Made by a program: the position numbers and the translations under genes
Shown: positions 29,355 through 38,856 of the stretch, one piece after another
Numbering within the stretch: the stretch's first letter is position 1
How the letters are laid out: every line of letters starts with the position of its first letter
Notes under the pieces: model-generated
Seen by the model: only the letters and a program-made list of their open reading frames with translations
Databases searched by the model: none
Told to the model about the DNA's origin: nothing
NCBI GenBank assembly: GCA_009782505.1
Contig: WRIW01000004.1
Location: forward strand, 25,123-89,122
Direction: 5' to 3'
Source of the DNA: Clostridiales bacterium
GTDB lineage: Bacteria > Bacillota > Peptococcia > DRI-13 > UBA5745
DNA: 64,000 bases

Positions 29355-30317
29355 TCAAGTCAGCTGATCATCCGCGATACCATTCTGCCGCCACTTCGCG
29401 AATAGGTTCACCAGGCCTTCTTCCAGAGAGGTCTGGGTGAAGCTGATATCGACGACGCCTTCCATATCCGCAAGCTCCCGGAGCAGCTTGCGCGTATCCT
29501 GATAGTCGATTTCCCTCCGGGAGCCGTCGCTGAAGCTGACCAGCGCCCGCTTCGTGTTGCCTAGTTCGCCGCGCAGGGAAGCGAAATCTCCGTCAAAGGT
29601 TATTCGCCCGCCGGAGATGAGCAGTATGCGCCTCGCCATCTCCTCCAGATCGTCCATATCGTGGCTGGTGACGATTATCGTCGTGCCGTCGCGTTTGTTG
29701 AGCTCCTTAAGAAATCCGATCATCTGCCGCTTTGCCATGACGTCCAGGCCCAGGGTGGGCTCGTCCAGAAGGATGAGCATGGGGCTGTGAAGCAGCAGCA
29801 TGGCCAGGTCGGCCCGCATCCGCTGGCCCAGGCTGAGCTCCCGGGCGAAGGTTTTCAGCAGGTCGCCGATATCCAGCAGTTCCGTCACTACATCGAGATT
29901 TCGCTTATACATGTCGTCGGGGATGTCCCAGACGACTTTTTTCCATTCGAAGCTTTGGATGACGGGATGATCCCACCAAAGCTCGGTGCGGTTGCCGAAC
30001 AATACCCCCAGATACTTCATGAGGGCGTGGCGCTGCTTTTGGGGCGACATGGACAAGACGGATATTTCCCCGGAGGAAGGCAGAAGCATGCCTGACAATA
30101 CTTTCATCGTCGTGCTTTTTCCCGCGCCGTTTGGCCCGGCATAGGCGACAAATTCGCCTTTACCGACTTGAAAGGATAGATCGTCCAGGGCGGTGATGAC
30201 GCGCTTCTCGGGCTTCAGCAGGTTTCGCAGAAGGCCCCGGCCCGTATTGTCCCGCTGCCACTGGGTGAAGACTTTCGTGACGCCGCTTACGCTAACGGCG
30301 GAATCCGTATGGGACAT
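29355..30317 (-). CDS. ABC transporter ATP-binding protein
   Basis: GPNGAGKST, LSLGQRMR, LLDEPT, TSHD; start uncertain (30317 or 30341). Confidence 0.9.
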   Translation of the reverse strand: MSHTDSAVSVSGVTKVFTQWQRDNTGRGLLRNLLKPEKRVITALDDLSFQVGKGEFVAYAGPNGAGKSTTMKVLSGMLLPSSGEISVLSMSPQKQRHALMKYLGVLFGNRTELWWDHPVIQSFEWKKVVWDIPDDMYKRNLDVVTELLDIGDLLKTFARELSLGQRMRADLAMLLLHSPMLILLDEPTLGLDVMAKRQMIGFLKELNKRDGTTIIVTSHDMDDLEEMARRILLISGGRITFDGDFASLRGELGNTKRALVSFSDGSRREIDYQDTRKLLRELADMEGVVDISFTQTSLEEGLVNLFAKWRQNGIADDQLT

Positions 30318-31137
30318 ATCTGTTTGCGCCTTTCCGGACATAGTAGTTCAATCCTCTTTTGAATACATACCCCGCGATGAGGGTGATGAAGAGCGCGAAA
30401 AGCATAGGATAGTAGGGGCTGAGGTTCAGCGGCGGCTTACCCAGCAGGCAGAGGGAGGGGAACCAGGCGACGAGCCCTTCCGGCAGGATCGTCAGCAGCG
30501 GTATCTGGATGAAAGCCGGCATGCCGGATAAAGGGAAGGTGCTGATCAGCCAGGCGTCTTCGATGGCCGTATTGGAGATTTCCTCCATCGCCACAGGGGC
30601 GTAAAACGCCATGCTTGAGACGAGATACGAACGCGCCACGATGATGGTCATGGTCGTCAGCAGATACGCGATCAGGGCAACGACCCATAGAAATGATATC
30701 CGCAAGCGGAGCCTGCTTACCGCAATAGCCATCAGCGCGACGCCGACGAGCATTTTCCCGCTGGTGAAAGGCGAGAATCCGTTGGTGGCTAACTGGACGC
30801 CCAGAGGCAAAGGTTGGATGAATAAATGCTCAAGCTGGCCCCGGCCGATGATCCTGCTGATATGGATATTGTTTCCCGTGCCAAATGTGGTGAAAATCCC
30901 CGAAACCAGCGTGGAGTACGCCATCATAAACAGCACTTCATCCGCGCTCATACCGCCGATACCGTTGAACCGCGCGGCGATGAGAAATATCCCCGCTACC
31001 GTACCCAGATTGCTGATGATATCGCCGAGGACGCCGATCATAGCGAACTTCGTATCCCTGAGCAGCCAAACCAAATCCATTTTCGCTGAGATAGCCAGCA
31101 GCCTGAGTACGCGCCTTAACGTGATTTTATCCGCCAT
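30292..31137 (-). CDS. ABC-2 type permease (DUF990-like)
   Basis: About 6 TM segments, IGRGQLEHLFIQP motif; operon context. Confidence 0.82.
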   Translation of the reverse strand: MADKITLRRVLRLLAISAKMDLVWLLRDTKFAMIGVLGDIISNLGTVAGIFLIAARFNGIGGMSADEVLFMMAYSTLVSGIFTTFGTGNNIHISRIIGRGQLEHLFIQPLPLGVQLATNGFSPFTSGKMLVGVALMAIAVSRLRLRISFLWVVALIAYLLTTMTIIVARSYLVSSMAFYAPVAMEEISNTAIEDAWLISTFPLSGMPAFIQIPLLTILPEGLVAWFPSLCLLGKPPLNLSPYYPMLFALFITLIAGYVFKRGLNYYVRKGANRYVPYGFRR

Positions 31138-31897
31138 AACTCACCATGCCTTCCTGGGATTTTCTCCAGATGAGCAGCGCGGCAGGCCACAGGATCAGGT
31201 TCCATAAAATTTGCAGCGCGATGGTTTCCCCGGCGTCAGCGGCGCCGACGAAGATGGACAGGGGCGACCCGCCAAGGCAGGCGAAAGGCTGGTATTTCAT
31301 CACATCCGCGAGGCCGAAAGGCAGCAGCCTTATGGGGATGATGGTGCCGGAAAACACCATCGCTATCGCCACGCGCGTGCGGTCTACCAGCCAGTTCATA
31401 TTCCGCAGCTTGATGGACAGGCAGGCAAAGAGGAAGTCTACGGCAAAGCCCAGGGTGACGCATAGAAGCAGGCTGACGATAAATAAAGGCGACACAGGGA
31501 TCAGCCGGACGCCGAATAAGGGCGCCATCAGGGCCATGGGCAGCGAAAACATCAGCAGCATGGGCGCCCAGCGGCCCGCGGTCTGGGCGGCGAGTTGTCC
31601 GAATACGGACAATGGGCGGCCGTACAGCTTGAGGAGGACGCCGTCGGAGAGCCATCCCGTAGCGGTTGTCTTGATCACCAGCATATCGGCCAGAAGTGCG
31701 CTGACATAGGTATAAGTCAGCATCTGCTCAAGGCTCATGCCCACGTCCGCCCCGGAGGACATCACCACCCGCCACAGGTAAACCAGGGGGATGAGGGTAA
31801 AGACTTTGATCAGTATATCGGGAAACAGATAGGCAACGCCGCCGTTTGTCCGCTCAAGGGCGGCCATCCGGGCGGTTTTCATATATTTGTACAACAT
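31127..31897 (-). CDS. ABC-2 type permease (DUF990-like)
   Basis: YTY...DG...RP, FSGTIIPIRLLP, QPF, SYGG end; ATG overlaps the GNAT stop (TAATG). Confidence 0.82.
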   Translation of the reverse strand: MLYKYMKTARMAALERTNGGVAYLFPDILIKVFTLIPLVYLWRVVMSSGADVGMSLEQMLTYTYVSALLADMLVIKTTATGWLSDGVLLKLYGRPLSVFGQLAAQTAGRWAPMLLMFSLPMALMAPLFGVRLIPVSPLFIVSLLLCVTLGFAVDFLFACLSIKLRNMNWLVDRTRVAIAMVFSGTIIPIRLLPFGLADVMKYQPFACLGGSPLSIFVGAADAGETIALQILWNLILWPAALLIWRKSQEGMVSYGG

Positions 31898-32967
31898 TAT
31901 GGAATCACCGGGCCTGGCGAATCCACGACAGGTGCGAGGTCGCTCAAGTCCCACACAAAAATATTCGAGAAGCGGCGGCCCTCTTTGTACAGATCGTGCC
32001 ACTCCGGCAAACGGGCGACGCGAAGCAACCGCGCGCCGAGTTTTTCGCAAACCCGCATCGAAGCGGTATTCGTTTGATTGTTGGTGATATATAACTTAAC
32101 CATACCGTGGGCTTTCGCCACAGGCGCGACTAGACGGCAAGCGCGTCCGGCATAACCGTTGCCCCGGTGTTTTTCGTCGACATTGTACCCGATTTGCCCG
32201 CCATAGTATAAGCTATCCGGGTAACCGATCCTTAAATCGATATCGCCGATCGTTTCGCTTCCCTTACATATAATAAATTTATATCCCGGAACCCACTTCT
32301 TCGTATCGTCCCCCGGCGTTTTATTTGTGTTTACCAGATGGATCACGCCGTCGGTCAGTTCGGGTACGTCGATAAAACCGTCGAAGACTACTGGCAGGGA
32401 ACGGTAATCGGTGATCTCCTTTTTCGTTTCCCACTCGTCGGCTAGTATGGCGTACGAATACTCGTCGCCGTACTCTTTATCGGATGGCGCGCGGCGGCGG
32501 CTTTCGATAAACGTCCCCTCCCGCCTCATGCCGATATTCTCCATTACCCGGTAGGAGCCGTAGTTCTCAGTAGAGCAGTGTGCCAGGACACGGTGAAGGC
32601 CCAGATCTTGAAAGCCAAATTCCAGCAGCGCGTTTCCCATCTCCGTACCGAGGCCCTGCTTCCAATAGTCCCGGTGCAGTATCCAGCCGACTTCCCCTTC
32701 GTCGCCTTCCGCCGCCACGGTGATATTGCACGAGCCAACGAGCCTGTCGGTTTTTTTTAGTACGGCGGCAAACACATAAAACGTACAGGGCTTCTCCTCC
32801 GCGTCGATTATCGCCAGACTGATGAAATCCCGCGTTTCCTTCTCCGAATTCGGCCCCCATATCATATAGGTCACATTTTCCGGGTCGCTGGCATAGCTAT
32901 GAACCGCGGCAAAATCGTCTTTCTTGAATTTTCGCAGGATCAGCCGTTCCGTCTCAAGGGTCTTCAT
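31897..32967 (-). CDS. Tandem GNAT acetyltransferase (RimJ/RimL + GNAT)
   Basis: LETERLILR, YWKQGLGTE, NYGSYRVMENIG; second domain HRGNGYA, NTASMRVCEKLG. Confidence 0.88.
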   Translation of the reverse strand: MKTLETERLILRKFKKDDFAAVHSYASDPENVTYMIWGPNSEKETRDFISLAIIDAEEKPCTFYVFAAVLKKTDRLVGSCNITVAAEGDEGEVGWILHRDYWKQGLGTEMGNALLEFGFQDLGLHRVLAHCSTENYGSYRVMENIGMRREGTFIESRRRAPSDKEYGDEYSYAILADEWETKKEITDYRSLPVVFDGFIDVPELTDGVIHLVNTNKTPGDDTKKWVPGYKFIICKGSETIGDIDLRIGYPDSLYYGGQIGYNVDEKHRGNGYAGRACRLVAPVAKAHGMVKLYITNNQTNTASMRVCEKLGARLLRVARLPEWHDLYKEGRRFSNIFVWDLSDLAPVVDSPGPVIP

Positions 32968-33103
32968 CGTTTTGTCTCCTCCCCGTCATTGCCTATACGA
33001 TACTATCATCGTCGCGGTAAAACAAGTGCTTTCTACAGAATTATCCCGCGCCGCTTATATGATGCGAGAAAATATGGTAGAATCCAACTAGGAGGCGATA
33101 CTG

Positions 33104-33679
33104 ATGAAGAAAGACCTTGGAGCAAAAACGATACTATTTCCCACGCCGGTATTAGTCGTAGCGACTTATGACGGTCAGGGCAAGGCAAATGCCATGACCG
33201 CCGCCTGGGGAGGGATCTGCTGTTCGGATCCGCCCTGCGTGACGGTTTCCGTGCGCAAAGCGAGGCATACATACGATAGCCTCATGGAAAGAAAGGCGTA
33301 TACAGTCAACATACCCGGTAAAGGACACGCGTGGGAAGCCGATTACCTCGGCGTCGCGTCGGGCAAAGACGAAGACAAATTCGCGGCAGCCGGGTTGACG
33401 GCGGTGAAGAGCGGCTTTGTAGACGCCCCATACATCGAGGAGTTTCCTTTGATCCTGGAGTGCAAAGTCGTCCACATCGCCGACCTGGGCGCCCATACGC
33501 AATTTGTAGGCGAGATCATGAACGTGAAGGCGGACGCGGCGATGATGGAAAACGACCGGCTGCCACTGATCGAACAGATCATGCCCCTTATATTCGCGCC
33601 AAGCAGCGGCAACTACTACACGATAGGCGAAGAGATCGGCAAAGCCTTTTCCGCCGGCAAGGAGAAGAAACTTACTTAA
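33104..33679 (+). CDS. Flavin reductase family protein (flavoredoxin-like)
   Basis: PTPVLVVAT, NAMTAAWGG, APYIEEFPLILECK, HTQFVGEI. Confidence 0.92.
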   Translation: MKKDLGAKTILFPTPVLVVATYDGQGKANAMTAAWGGICCSDPPCVTVSVRKARHTYDSLMERKAYTVNIPGKGHAWEADYLGVASGKDEDKFAAAGLTAVKSGFVDAPYIEEFPLILECKVVHIADLGAHTQFVGEIMNVKADAAMMENDRLPLIEQIMPLIFAPSSGNYYTIGEEIGKAFSAGKEKKLT

Positions 33680-33685
33680 AAATGA

Positions 33686-33790
33686 GTTACTGCTCGAGGT
33701 GCTGGGGACAGGGCTATACCTGCTCAGCGACTGCTTTTTGCAATGTCGCTGAGCAGGTATAGCCCTGTCCCCAGCACCCCGAGCAGTAAC
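33686..33790. repeat. Near-perfect 46-bp inverted repeat (REPIN/MITE-like)
   Basis: 33686-33731 vs 33745-33790, one mismatch, 13-nt loop; contains GGGGACAGGG/CCCTGTCCCC. Confidence 0.9.
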
Positions 33791-33794
33791 AACA

Positions 33795-33808
33795 ATGACA
33801 TTTGTCAC
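33795..33808. promoter_or_regulatory. TGACA-N2-TGTCA palindrome, candidate NarL/LuxR response-regulator box
   Basis: ATGACATTTGTCAC lies upstream of the ABC + two-component operon. Confidence 0.55.
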
Positions 33809-33935
33809 GTATACTTATGCCCCGCGGCACTTCACGGCGCCGTGGGGTTTTGCTATATTGGCGGCAGAACATAGACGGCTTGGCAAACAGCGGAATCCGC
33901 GCAAAGCCGGAAAACTACACAGGAGGGCATACAAC

Positions 33936-34877
33936 ATGATCGCATCCATGACAAACATCGTAAAGCGCTACCGGGCTCATACGGCTCTGGATCATTTGGA
34001 CTTAGCTATCCGCGAAGGGGAAACTCTGGGGCTGCTGGGCCCCAACGGCGCCGGTAAGACCACCGCCATCCGGGTGCTGACAGGCCTCACCGGCGTCGAC
34101 GCCGGAGAGGTGCGGCTCTTCGACAGCGATACGCCCGTGACCGCCTCCGCCGTGAAAAGGCGCATCGGCCTGGTGCCCCAAGATCTGGCTCTCTACGAGA
34201 CTCTCTCGGCCCGGGACAATTTATCCTACTTCGGGCGGCTCTACGGCGTCACCGGCGCGGCGCTGAAAGCCCGGGTGGGCGAAGTGCTGGACGTGCTGGG
34301 GCTCTCCGACGTGGCCGGCAAATCCCCGAAGAAATACTCAGGCGGCATGAAGCGCCGGCTCAATATCGGCTGCGCCATCATCCATAAGCCGGAGCTGCTC
34401 ATCCTGGACGAGCCTACCGTAGGCATCGACCCTCAGTCCCGTAACCATATCCTTGATTTTGTGGAGGAGATGAACCGGCAGGGCACTACGGTACTGTATA
34501 CCTCCCACTACATGGAAGAGGTCGAGCGGGTCTGCTCCCGGGTACTCATCATGGATACCGGGCGCGTCATCGCCGAAGGCAGCGTAGAAGAACTGACCCG
34601 TACGTCGCTCTTCGAGGAGACGGTCACTTTGGAAGTGCGGGATCCGGCGCCGGCTTTGGCGGAAGGGATCGGCAAGGTGCAGGGCGTGCTGCGCTGCGAG
34701 GTTGAGGGGCGCTTGCTGACGGTGACCAGTACGGCAGGTTCGCAAAATCTGGCTCGCATCCTGGAAAACGCCTCTCCTTATACGATACTGGGGGCCTCCG
34801 CGAAACGCCCTACCCTGGAGGACGCCTTCCTTGCCCTCACCGGGAAAAAACTCAGAGACGGGAGTGAAAACGAATGA
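33936..34877 (+). CDS. ABC exporter ATP-binding protein (LnrL/YfiL-like)
   Basis: GPNGAGKTT, YSGGMKRRLN, DEPTVGIDPQSRN; start at ATG after AGGAGG. Confidence 0.92.
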   Translation: MIASMTNIVKRYRAHTALDHLDLAIREGETLGLLGPNGAGKTTAIRVLTGLTGVDAGEVRLFDSDTPVTASAVKRRIGLVPQDLALYETLSARDNLSYFGRLYGVTGAALKARVGEVLDVLGLSDVAGKSPKKYSGGMKRRLNIGCAIIHKPELLILDEPTVGIDPQSRNHILDFVEEMNRQGTTVLYTSHYMEEVERVCSRVLIMDTGRVIAEGSVEELTRTSLFEETVTLEVRDPAPALAEGIGKVQGVLRCEVEGRLLTVTSTAGSQNLARILENASPYTILGASAKRPTLEDAFLALTGKKLRDGSENE

Positions 34878-35962
34878 CCGCCTTTATCGCTACATTCTGG
34901 ATGGGGTTTAAATTCCTGTGGAGAAACCCGGTGAACATCGCCATTCTGGTTTGTTTTCCCATCATCATCATCCTGATACTGGGAAATGCCCTTGCCGCGT
35001 ATATCTCTCCCGATACAGACCTGGCCCCAGCCCCCATAGCTGTCGCCTCCGATCCGGACGGCACGTTGGGAATGTTCCTCCAAACGGAAGATATATCCCG
35101 TTTCCTGGATATTACTTTCACAAACCGGGAAGGCGCCGAACAAATGGCGGCGGATGAAACCGTCATCGCGGCGATTTTCGAAGACCGGGGCGATATCTCG
35201 ATCGTCCGCCCCGGCGTCGGCGGGCTGCATACGCAACTGGTTTTATCCATTATCGATTCCTATAAACAAATCGGCTCGGCGGCAACGATAGCCGCGATGA
35301 GCGGTAAAGACATATACGCCTTACTGGATATGGAAGTCAACGTCCGGGACGTCCCCTTAGGCACGAGGATACCGGAAGCGATGGATTATTACGCGGTGAC
35401 CATGCTCGTGATGATTTTGCTGTATACAGGGATGAACGGAATGGATTTGTTCAGCAAGGGTTTGCTGAGCGATATGGGCAACCGCAACCGTTTGTCGCCG
35501 ATTTCCAAACCGGCGCTGATCGGCGGCTTGCTCGCCGCGTCCACCGTCACGAGCTATCTGCAGGGCATGGCCACATTCATCTTTACCGGCGCGGTATACG
35601 GCGTCTACTGGGGGGAGCGCATTCCGCTGGTATTACTGACCCTCTTTGCTTTCGTGCTGTTTTCTCAATCCCTGTGTGTATTTCTGGTTATGGCTTTACG
35701 CAATCAAGGCGTGGTATCCGCGATCGCTCAGGTGTTCTTCTGGACGTCTACCTTCGTGTCGAACGGATACATGAAAATCGACTTCGGCGCGATGGATAAA
35801 GTCTTTCAATACGCGCCAAACGCCATGGCGCATACCATAATCTTCGGCGCTATCTTCGGTGGCAACGAGATGAAAATGACGGTTTTCCTTATCGCTCTTT
35901 TCGGTATCAGCGCGGTTCTGTTTGTCCTGGCGTTCCTGTGCGGAAGGAGGAGATTGGCATGA
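34874..35962 (+). CDS. ABC-2 permease
   Basis: N-terminal TM, extracellular loop, DYYAVTMLVM, 5 further TM segments. Confidence 0.88.
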   Translation: MTAFIATFWMGFKFLWRNPVNIAILVCFPIIIILILGNALAAYISPDTDLAPAPIAVASDPDGTLGMFLQTEDISRFLDITFTNREGAEQMAADETVIAAIFEDRGDISIVRPGVGGLHTQLVLSIIDSYKQIGSAATIAAMSGKDIYALLDMEVNVRDVPLGTRIPEAMDYYAVTMLVMILLYTGMNGMDLFSKGLLSDMGNRNRLSPISKPALIGGLLAASTVTSYLQGMATFIFTGAVYGVYWGERIPLVLLTLFAFVLFSQSLCVFLVMALRNQGVVSAIAQVFFWTSTFVSNGYMKIDFGAMDKVFQYAPNAMAHTIIFGAIFGGNEMKMTVFLIALFGISAVLFVLAFLCGRRRLA

Positions 35963-37053
35963 CAATATTTCACACAACATTGAAACGAATCATCAAGCAG
36001 CCGGCCAACTGGGTTTTTGTCCTGATTTTCCCGGTCGTCTTCACCATATTGATCTCGTTCACGATAACAGGCGATTCCGTGGCAAATGACGACGTCACCG
36101 CGGGCATGCGTTTCGGCGTTGTCGACAGGGACGACAGCGTGCTGTCCAGAACCCTTGTGGAGCAGCTTGAAAAACGATATACTATACAAGGGCTTAAGGA
36201 GGAAGACGTCTCCGCGGCTCTCACTGACTCGGAGATCCCCTGGGCGCTGATCATCCGGGAAGGATATGAGCGGGATATACTGGCCGGACGTTCGCCGGCG
36301 CTTGAAGGCTATTCCCTGACCGTATCCGACGTATCAGCCCTGGGTAATGTATCCGCGCAAAACATCACCCGCGCCTTGTTGCTGCTGGGGACGAACGACC
36401 CCCTGGCGCTGGCTGCCTGGGAGGAAGCCTCGCTTGTGGATGTGACGGCGCTGCCCGCGGACAACTGGGAGACAGCGGCGCAATGGTTCGGGTTCTACGG
36501 ATTCGTCTCGGTGTTTACGGCGTATTTCGTCATCAAGACCTTGATTGACGACAAGCGGGGTGGTATGCCGGCGCGTCTGGGCGTCCTGCCTCAGTCTACG
36601 AGAAGTATTCTGACACAAGGCGTATTGGCGGCTTTTCTTATGACTGAGATCTCCGTTATACTGCTTTTGCTCGTTTTGCAGGCATTGATGGGGACTGTGG
36701 CTAATCCCGCTCATCTTATGCTTCTTCTGAGCCTATACAACCTTTTCGCGGTTGGTATGGTGCTGGCTATCGTGTCTTTCCTGAAGGATCTGGGAGCGGT
36801 ATCGGTGGCAATGTCTATGCTGACTACAGTATTCGCCATGCTGGGCGGTTTGTTTTGGCCATTAGACTTGGTGCCGGAATTCATGCGGCGGCTGGCCTGG
36901 TTCTCGCCGGGCTACTGGCTGGCCAGGGGCCTCGCGAATATCCGTGAGATCACTTTCGAAGGCTTTGTTATGCCTATCCTTTTCCTCGCCGTTTTTACCG
37001 CTGTGGTTCTGCTGATCAGCGGGTTCGGAAAGATACAACAGATGGAAGACTGA
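35959..37053 (+). CDS. ABC-2 permease
   Basis: GVVDRDDS, MLGGLFWP...PGYW; ATGA overlap with the previous gene. Confidence 0.88.
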   Translation: MTIFHTTLKRIIKQPANWVFVLIFPVVFTILISFTITGDSVANDDVTAGMRFGVVDRDDSVLSRTLVEQLEKRYTIQGLKEEDVSAALTDSEIPWALIIREGYERDILAGRSPALEGYSLTVSDVSALGNVSAQNITRALLLLGTNDPLALAAWEEASLVDVTALPADNWETAAQWFGFYGFVSVFTAYFVIKTLIDDKRGGMPARLGVLPQSTRSILTQGVLAAFLMTEISVILLLLVLQALMGTVANPAHLMLLLSLYNLFAVGMVLAIVSFLKDLGAVSVAMSMLTTVFAMLGGLFWPLDLVPEFMRRLAWFSPGYWLARGLANIREITFEGFVMPILFLAVFTAVVLLISGFGKIQQMED

Positions 37054-37076
37054 AGAGCGCGTCCTGTCGAGGTTGC

Positions 37077-38057
37077 ATGATGAAGCGTTACGCCGTATAC
37101 GCCCGTATGGGCGCGGGGATCGTATTGATCGTATGTTGGGGGCTGGTAGACAGCCCCCTTTCCGGCGTCGTATACATTCTCGCCCTTGCCGCGCTCTCCG
37201 CTGTCCGGTATCGCTTCGCCCCTTACCGGTGGCTGGGCGCCGTAGAAGCCGCTATCTGCCTGGGTTACGCCTTCCTGTGGCAACCCGCGCTGCTGGGCTT
37301 GTGGCTGCCGGTCTTCGGCCTGCTGGAAGACAGATGGGAGGCCTTGGAGAGCGAATTGCTGCAAAAGGGCTTCGAGGATAGAAGCGAGCGCCTGAAGCTG
37401 GAAGCCTCCCGGGAAGCTTCCGCCCGGGAGATGCGAAATGCCGCGCGGCTTGCCGAGATGACGGAGCGATCGCGCATTGCCCAGGACATACACGACCATG
37501 CGGGCCATGAGCTCTCCGGCGCGTCTATCGCGCTGCAGACGGCGATCCGGCTGTATGAGAAAGGCGACCCCCGGGCAGGCGAGCTGCTTACGCAGAGCGC
37601 GGCGAGGCTGGAGGCGGCGTCGGAGCACTTGCGGGAGGCGGTACACAACCTGAAGCCGGCGCGGGTGGCGGGGGTCGAGACGCTGGTGGAGCTGTGCGAG
37701 GCTTTCGCTTTCTGCCCGGTACAGTTTTCCGCGGCGGGCGACCTCGCGGGCAGCCCGTATTGGGAGCTGCTTACCGCAAACTTGAAGGAAGCCCTGACCA
37801 ACGTATCCCGCCACTCCAACGCGACGAGGGTCACGGTCAGGCTGGACGGCAACGCCGACTACATCCGTATGCGGGTCGCCGACAACGGAAGTTTTGCGGG
37901 AGCAGGCTCCACGGGGGCAGGCTCCACGGGGACTGGCGCGCTGGGGCTGGGCTTATCCGGCATACGGGAGCGCGTCAGAGCTGTCGGCGGGACGCTTACC
38001 GTCGGCATAGACAATGGCTTCACGGTGGTGACGGTACTGCCGAAAATAAACGAATAG
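37077..38057 (+). CDS. Sensor histidine kinase (HisKA_3)
   Basis: ERSRIAQDIHDHAGH, EALTNVSRHS, DNG, GLSGIRER; short GAGST repeat in the ATP lid. Confidence 0.92.
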   Translation: MMKRYAVYARMGAGIVLIVCWGLVDSPLSGVVYILALAALSAVRYRFAPYRWLGAVEAAICLGYAFLWQPALLGLWLPVFGLLEDRWEALESELLQKGFEDRSERLKLEASREASAREMRNAARLAEMTERSRIAQDIHDHAGHELSGASIALQTAIRLYEKGDPRAGELLTQSAARLEAASEHLREAVHNLKPARVAGVETLVELCEAFAFCPVQFSAAGDLAGSPYWELLTANLKEALTNVSRHSNATRVTVRLDGNADYIRMRVADNGSFAGAGSTGAGSTGTGALGLGLSGIRERVRAVGGTLTVGIDNGFTVVTVLPKINE

Positions 38058-38115
38058 CGCCGTAGCCAGAAGCAGATCCACAACTAAGTGACGCTATGTG
38101 ACGCTGGAGGAGCAT

Positions 38116-38724
38116 ATGAATTTATTGGTAGTTGACGACGACGGCCTGATCCGGGACAGCCTGAAGCTGCTGCTTGAGATGGAGGATGGCTGGACGGTTC
38201 GCACAGCCCCGGACGGGGAAGCCGCGTTCCGGGCGTGCGCGGAAGCTCAGCCGGATATCATCCTCATGGACGTCCGCATGCCCGTTTGCGACGGTGTGGA
38301 GGCGACCCGCCGCATCAAGGAAGCATATCCGTTGGTAAAGATCGTTATGCTCACGACCTTTACCGACGACGGATATATCGCTTCAGCTATCGGCGCCGGC
38401 GCGGAAGGCTACCTGCTCAAAAGTACTCCCGCCGACGGCATCGTCGAGCGCATCCGCGCCGTGGAAAAAGGCGCGATGGTGTTCGACAAAGGCGTGGGAT
38501 TATCCGCGAAAAAAACCGCGCCCCTGTCCTTCGGCGAGCTGACGGAGCGCGAAAATGAAGTGCTGTCTTTGGTTGCGGCAGGCCTGTCCAACAATGAGAT
38601 AGCGGCGAAGCTCTTCCTTTCCCAGGGTACGATCCGCAATACGGTGTCGGCCATACTGGACAAGCTGGAACTGCGGGACAGGACGCAGCTGGCTGTGTAC
38701 TACTGGAAAGCCGCCCAGGACTAA
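38116..38724 (+). CDS. NarL/LuxR response regulator
   Basis: VVDDD, LMDVRMP, LTTF, LTERENEV...GLSNNEIA...RDRTQLA. Confidence 0.94.
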   Translation: MNLLVVDDDGLIRDSLKLLLEMEDGWTVRTAPDGEAAFRACAEAQPDIILMDVRMPVCDGVEATRRIKEAYPLVKIVMLTTFTDDGYIASAIGAGAEGYLLKSTPADGIVERIRAVEKGAMVFDKGVGLSAKKTAPLSFGELTERENEVLSLVAAGLSNNEIAAKLFLSQGTIRNTVSAILDKLELRDRTQLAVYYWKAAQD

Positions 38725-38856
38725 CGCTCCATGTTTCGTCACATAACGTCAATCTCCGCGCTTAGCGTCGCCGCTCTTGATTATTCGCTGGCTTATTGAT
38801 ACAATCATGCTTAACGAATCCAAAATACCCGAATACAGGCAAGGGGGCCAATATTA

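Noticed and set aside
37898-37930. 15-bp repeat in the histidine kinase
   Set aside because: A small in-frame GAGST duplication in the flexible ATP lid, likely neutral.
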